Source of the DNA: Selaginella moellendorffii
Taxonomy: Eukaryota > Plantae > Lycopodiophyta
DNA: 39,376 nucleotides
Direction of reading: 5' to 3'
Assembly (NCBI RefSeq): GCF_000143415.4
Contig: NW_003314371.1
Location: forward strand, 47,833 to 87,208
The position numbers and the translations under genes are program-made. The notes below the pieces were generated by a model, which ran no database searches, had not been told where the DNA came from, and saw only the letters and a list, made by a program, of their open reading frames with translations. How positions within the stretch are numbered: position 1 is the stretch's first letter; each line of letters starts with the position of its first letter. Positions 34,775 to 39,376 of the stretch are shown piece by piece.

Positions 34775-37700
34775 ATGGCAAGGGCAGGGCGTAAGCGAAC
34801 CCAGGCGGAGACGGAACCTCCGCCGGAGCTGGAGCCTCCGGTTGAACAAGAGGCTATGGATGAGGAATCCTTGCATGAGGAGGACTCCAGTGAGGAAACT
34901 TCCAAACAGGAGTCCGGTGGCGAGGTTCGGTCGTCCAAGGCTCGATTGGACGTGCTAGAAGGACAGTTGGCACAGACCAATGCCCTGCTGGAGACTCTCG
35001 TACGCAAGTTAAAGTGTGACGAGAAGCGGAAGAAAAAGCGAAAGACTGCGGATGCTGGCAGCGCAGAAGGTGCGGACCCTTCGGCAGGGACTGAGGCAAA
35101 ACCAGACAAGGTCGAACAGACCGAAGTGGAATCAGTCCCTCAGGCGGTTCCCAAGTACAAACCAAAGCCCCCACCGGTGTTCAAGGGAGTGAACGACTAT
35201 AAGGTTGTGGAGGATTGGTTTTACGATATGGAGGACTACTTCCGAGCGTTGCGGTTACCGAGCTCGGAGAAGGTCCCATGTGCAAAACCATACTTGGCAG
35301 ATAATGCCAAGTCTTGGTGGAGAACAACGGAGGCCAACGAAGGACCGGTGGCCACCTGGGACATGATGAAGGCGAGGATCCGCGCGACATACGTTCCTCC
35401 GAATGCCACTCTGCATCTGAGAGATGAGCTGAGTAGGCTGAAGCAGACTGGAACCATCCAGGAATATGTGAATGGGTTCATGGCAAAGAGGATACTTGTC
35501 ACGGACATGGGGGATATGGATGCGTTCCATGCCTTTATATCAGGTTTGCAAACCTGGGCTCGCGGTGAGGTGATGCGCTGGAACCCGACCAACTACAAGG
35601 AAGCGTTGGATGCGGCCATCAAGGTGCATTTCAACGATAACCTGCGAAAGGGGAACACGACGGGGTCGGGATCCACGTTTCACAAAGGGGCCAAACCGAG
35701 GGGAACATATAGCAAGGGGAAATTCAAGAAGAGTTTCTCTAAGAATGAGTCCTCGGGGTTCCGGAAAGGCAAATCCGGTGGCCAGCGAGCGAGTACGTGG
35801 GGAAGTCAAGCGAAAAGAGACAAACCCACGGATAAGAAGGTCAAGTCGTATAGCAGCGTGGGCAACAACGTATGCTACAACTGCGGCGAAGCGGGACACT
35901 TCTCAAGGGAATGTCCCTACCCGAAGAAGGCCAGAGCCAATATGGCCATCAAGTCGGGTGAAGTCCAAACTGAGGTATGTGATCCAGTCCCTAACTCAAA
36001 GTTACTCATTACACGAGCAACTTTGGTAGAGAGTCGTTCGCGACATCTACTAGCCCTCCGAGGGAAGCTCGGAGGTAGCTTTGTTAAGATCCTTATTGAC
36101 ACGGGTGCTTCGGATAATTTTGTGGCTGCAGACATAGTCCGGCAAGCCGGACTAACGGTGCAGCGGCTAGGCGAACCAAGGACTATAGAATTTGTTCAAG
36201 GTAGCCAAAGCACCGATGAGGTACTTCGACAAGCGAGAGTCGAAGTGGGGACATGGAAAGTGGATATGGATTTCACCGTCTTGGACATGGCGGGATTTGA
36301 CGTGATCTTCGGAATGGATTGGTTTAATCGGTTCGTGGTAGCCCTGCATGGACAAGGTAGGAACCTTGTGGTATTGGCGAATGCCCAAGGAAGAAGATCT
36401 AGGGTGGAGGCCCAGGATCTAAAGGTAGGGCAAAGCAAGGCCAAAGAGTCATGCTTAAACCTGGTGTCCACGAGAGGACAACTCACTAAAGGAACTAAGG
36501 CAGCCTTTTTGTGCTTACTCTCGGTGAAGAGTGACAAAAAGACAAGAACGGAAGAAGTACCTTTAGTGATCCAGCAGGTGCTGGACCAATTCCAGGATAC
36601 CATGCCAGAGGAGCTACCGGCGGGGTTGCCCCCCGCACGACCGATAGAACATAAGATTGAGCTGGTCGAGGGTGCTGAGGCGGTGGTTCGTCCACCCTAT
36701 CGATTGAACGAAAAAGAACTCAAGGAGCTCAAGAGCCAACTAGAGGAGTTGGTGGACAAAGGGTATGTTAGGTTGAGCAAGTCGCCGTATGGGGCGCCGG
36801 TGCTATTTGTGAAAAAGAAAGATGGATCTATGCGCATGTGCATAGACTACCGGTTGCTCAACAAGTATACCAAGAAGAACAAGTACCCTTTGCCAAGGAT
36901 CGAGGACCTGTTCGATAGGTTGGGAAAGGCAAAATACTTCTCGAGGATTGACCTAAGGTCAGGATACTACCAGATCAGGGTAGCTGAGGAAGATGTCGAG
37001 AAGACAACCTGTCGAACGAGGTATGGGAGCTTTGAGTTTTTGGTGATGCCCTTTGGGCTGTGCAATGCGCCGGCAACGTTTTCGGCGTTGATGAACCACA
37101 TCTTTGTACCCTATCTGGATCGCTTCGTGGTCGTCTATATTGACGACATCTTGATCTATAGCGAGACGCTAGAGGAGCATGCCGAACACTTGGCGAAGGT
37201 GTTTGAGAAACTAAGGGAACACAAACTGTATGCTAAAGAGAGCAAATGTGACTTTGCTCAACAAGAGGTAAAGTTTCTCGGGCATGTGGTGGGCCAGGAC
37301 GGGCTCAAGGTGGACCCGGAGAAGGTCCAAGCGATCCAGGAATGGGAACGACCATCGAATGTACATGAGTTGAGGGCGTTCCTGGGGCTATGCAACTACT
37401 ATCGAAAGTTTATCAGACACTATTCGAGAGTAGCCCTGCCCTTAACGGACCAAACAGGAAAAGGGAAGATGGTATGGACAGCGGAATGCGAGGCGGCATT
37501 CGTCCACCTCAAAGGGAAGTTGAGGAAGGCTCCGGTGTTGGCATTACCAGACTTTGGTAAGGACTTTGAGGTAGACACGGATGCTTCGGACTTTGCGTTG
37601 GGCGCAGTTTTGAAGCAAGACAACCATCCAGTAGCGTTCTTCTCGAAGAAGCTGGACAAGGCTCAACGGAAGTGGCCTGCCCACGAGAAGGAATTGTTTG

Positions 37701-39376
37701 CGGTGGTCAAGGCACTCAAGGAGTGGCGACACTACCTTGGGAGACACTTCAAAGTTTACACGGACAATGTGGCAACGAAACACTTCTTGTCACAGCCCGA
37801 CCTAAGGGGAAAACAAGGTCGGTGGGCCAATGCTTTGGCCGAGTTTGATTGCGAGATCCTGTACAAGCCTGGGAAGAGCAACATCGTGGCAGATGCGCTA
37901 AGTCGAAAAGCGAGCTTGAAGTTGGCGATATCTAGCGCGACAGCAACCTTTTGGGACGATGTGCGGACCGCATACGAGAGTGATGGTCTAGCACAAGAAG
38001 TGTTGCTGAGGAATCTGGAGGCGCGGGAAGCTCACCAGAGAGGTGAGCTGCCAACGGAAGAGAAAACGGGCTATGCGGAACGCAACGGACTCATATATTA
38101 CAAGCAAACGAGGGTGTATGTTCCAGAAGGGGAACTAAGGAAAGTAGCCTTGGAAGAGTGTCATGACGGACCTCTTGCGGGACACGGCGGAGTGCCCAAG
38201 ACGATGGGCTTACTCAAAAGGAAGTATCACTGGCCGGATATGGCTAAGGACGTCCAAGACTATGTAAAGACATGTCCAACATGTCAGCAGGTCAAAGCCG
38301 TGACGAAGGCTAGTGGGGGCTTGTTGCAAAGCATCCCCATTCCAGATCGTCCGTGGAAATGTCTCACGATGGACTTCATCACGGGACTACCCCCAAGCGA
38401 GGGGTTCGATGCGATATTCGTGGTGGTGGACCGATTTTCAAAGATGGCACATTTCATACCCACCACAACGGATGTGGATGCGGAAGGTGTGGCGAAGCTG
38501 TTCTTCGAACAAGTGGTTCGAGTGCGGGGAAGGCCGGAAGAGATTATCTCAGATCGAGATAAGATCTTCACCAGTAGGTTCTGGAGGACACTCCTAGAAC
38601 AGTATCGCACCAAGTTGAAATTCAGCACGGCCTATCACCCACAGACAGGTAATGGGTATTGAGTCAAGATTGATGGCACTAACACTTCTTGACAGACGGA
38701 CAAACGGAAAGGGTGAATAGGCAGCTGGAGGATTATTTGCGATGCTATGTCTCGGGAGACCAGGCCGACTGGGTAAGTCATTTGGGACTTGCGGAAATGT
38801 GTTATAACAACTCACCACATTCGAGCATCGGGGTGAGTCCATGGGAAGTCATCAATGGGCGAGCTATTGAAGGTCCTGTGGAACTCGGCGTGGCCGAGTA
38901 TCATGGAGAGTTACCCGCAGTGGAGGCATTCACGGCGGAAAGACTCAACATTTGGAATCTAGTGAGGGATTCCTTGGAACGAGCTCAACAAAGGCAAACC
39001 AAGTACGCGAACCTAAAGCGCCGGGATGTAGAGTTCCAAGCTGGGGAGAAGGTGTGGCTGAACACCAAGAACCTTAGGCTACCAAGTGGGATCAGCCGAA
39101 AGTTGACCCAAAGGTAAAAATGCATGTATTCCTGTAAATGAATTGATCTTGAGTTCCTTAAGCAGGTTCGCGGGGCCTTACGAGATTGAGGCACGAATCG
39201 GTAAAGTGGCTTACCGACTCCGACTTCCTCGAGAGATGGGGAAGATGCACCCAGTGTTCCATGTGAACTTACTCAAGCCGTACTTTGAGGATCCGCTTCG
39301 CAAGGACCAAGTAAGACCTTTGCCTGAGGTTATCCAAGGGGAAGAGGAATACGAAGTCGAGGCCATCCTCAATGCG
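34775..39376 (+). CDS. Gag-Pol polyprotein, spliced: join(34775-38648, 38696-39113, 39166->39376)
   Basis: [14 protein letters not shown] knuckle, LIDTGAS protease, YIDD RT, DTDASD RNaseH, HHCC plus TMDF/SDRD integrase. Removing two GT-AG introns restores [12 protein letters not shown] and KLTQRFAGPY. Confidence 0.9.
38649..38695 (+). other. Predicted spliceosomal intron 1 in integrase (47 bp)
   Basis: ag|gtaatg...cactaac (branch site)...ttcttgacag|ac; contains an in-frame TGA. Confidence 0.85.
39114..39165 (+). other. Predicted spliceosomal intron 2 in integrase (52 bp)
   Basis: ag|gtaaaa...ccttaagcag|g; AT-rich; removal restores QRFAGPY. Confidence 0.85.

Larger units (their letters stand above)
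33568..39376 (+). mobile_element. Autonomous-type Ty3/Gypsy chromovirus LTR retrotransposon (3' end beyond window)
   Basis: 5' LTR, PBS, and a single Gag-PR-RT-RH-INT frame with GPY motif and the start of a chromodomain ([10 protein letters not shown]). Confidence 0.95.

Noticed and set aside
38649-39165. Integrase breaks as random pseudogenising frameshifts
   Set aside because: Both are exact GT-AG segments of host-like intron size whose removal restores conserved motifs, and the rest of the ORF is intact.

Overview
Repeat-dense eukaryotic window, most likely from a land plant (plant telomere motif, tRNA-iMet PBS, 47-57 bp GT-AG introns). It is made almost entirely of nested transposable elements and has no clear host gene. 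From 5' to 3': (1) a LINE remnant; (2) an old inverted copy of a non-autonomous LTR element; (3) a degenerate DNA-transposon-like region and a 330-bp foldback; (4) a young 7.6-kb non-autonomous LTR element (1761-bp LTRs, CTGAG TSD) whose interior appears to be a decayed pol in antisense, nested in a stack of LTR fragments; (5) a 14.5-kb TIR DNA transposon (24-bp TIRs, AAAA TSD, Sola/DUF7869-like transposase); (6) a Ty3/Gypsy chromovirus whose integrase is split by two short spliceosomal introns, the first just upstream of the catalytic Glu. The DNA transposon also carries a divergently transcribed multi-exon cargo gene (ParB/Srx-like, degenerate amino-methyltransferase-like and FCP1/HAD phosphatase-like domains) and about 27 dispersed copies of a 22-bp palindrome. 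Items 5 and 6 are the most interesting candidates. All domain calls come from motif recognition by eye, not from database searches.
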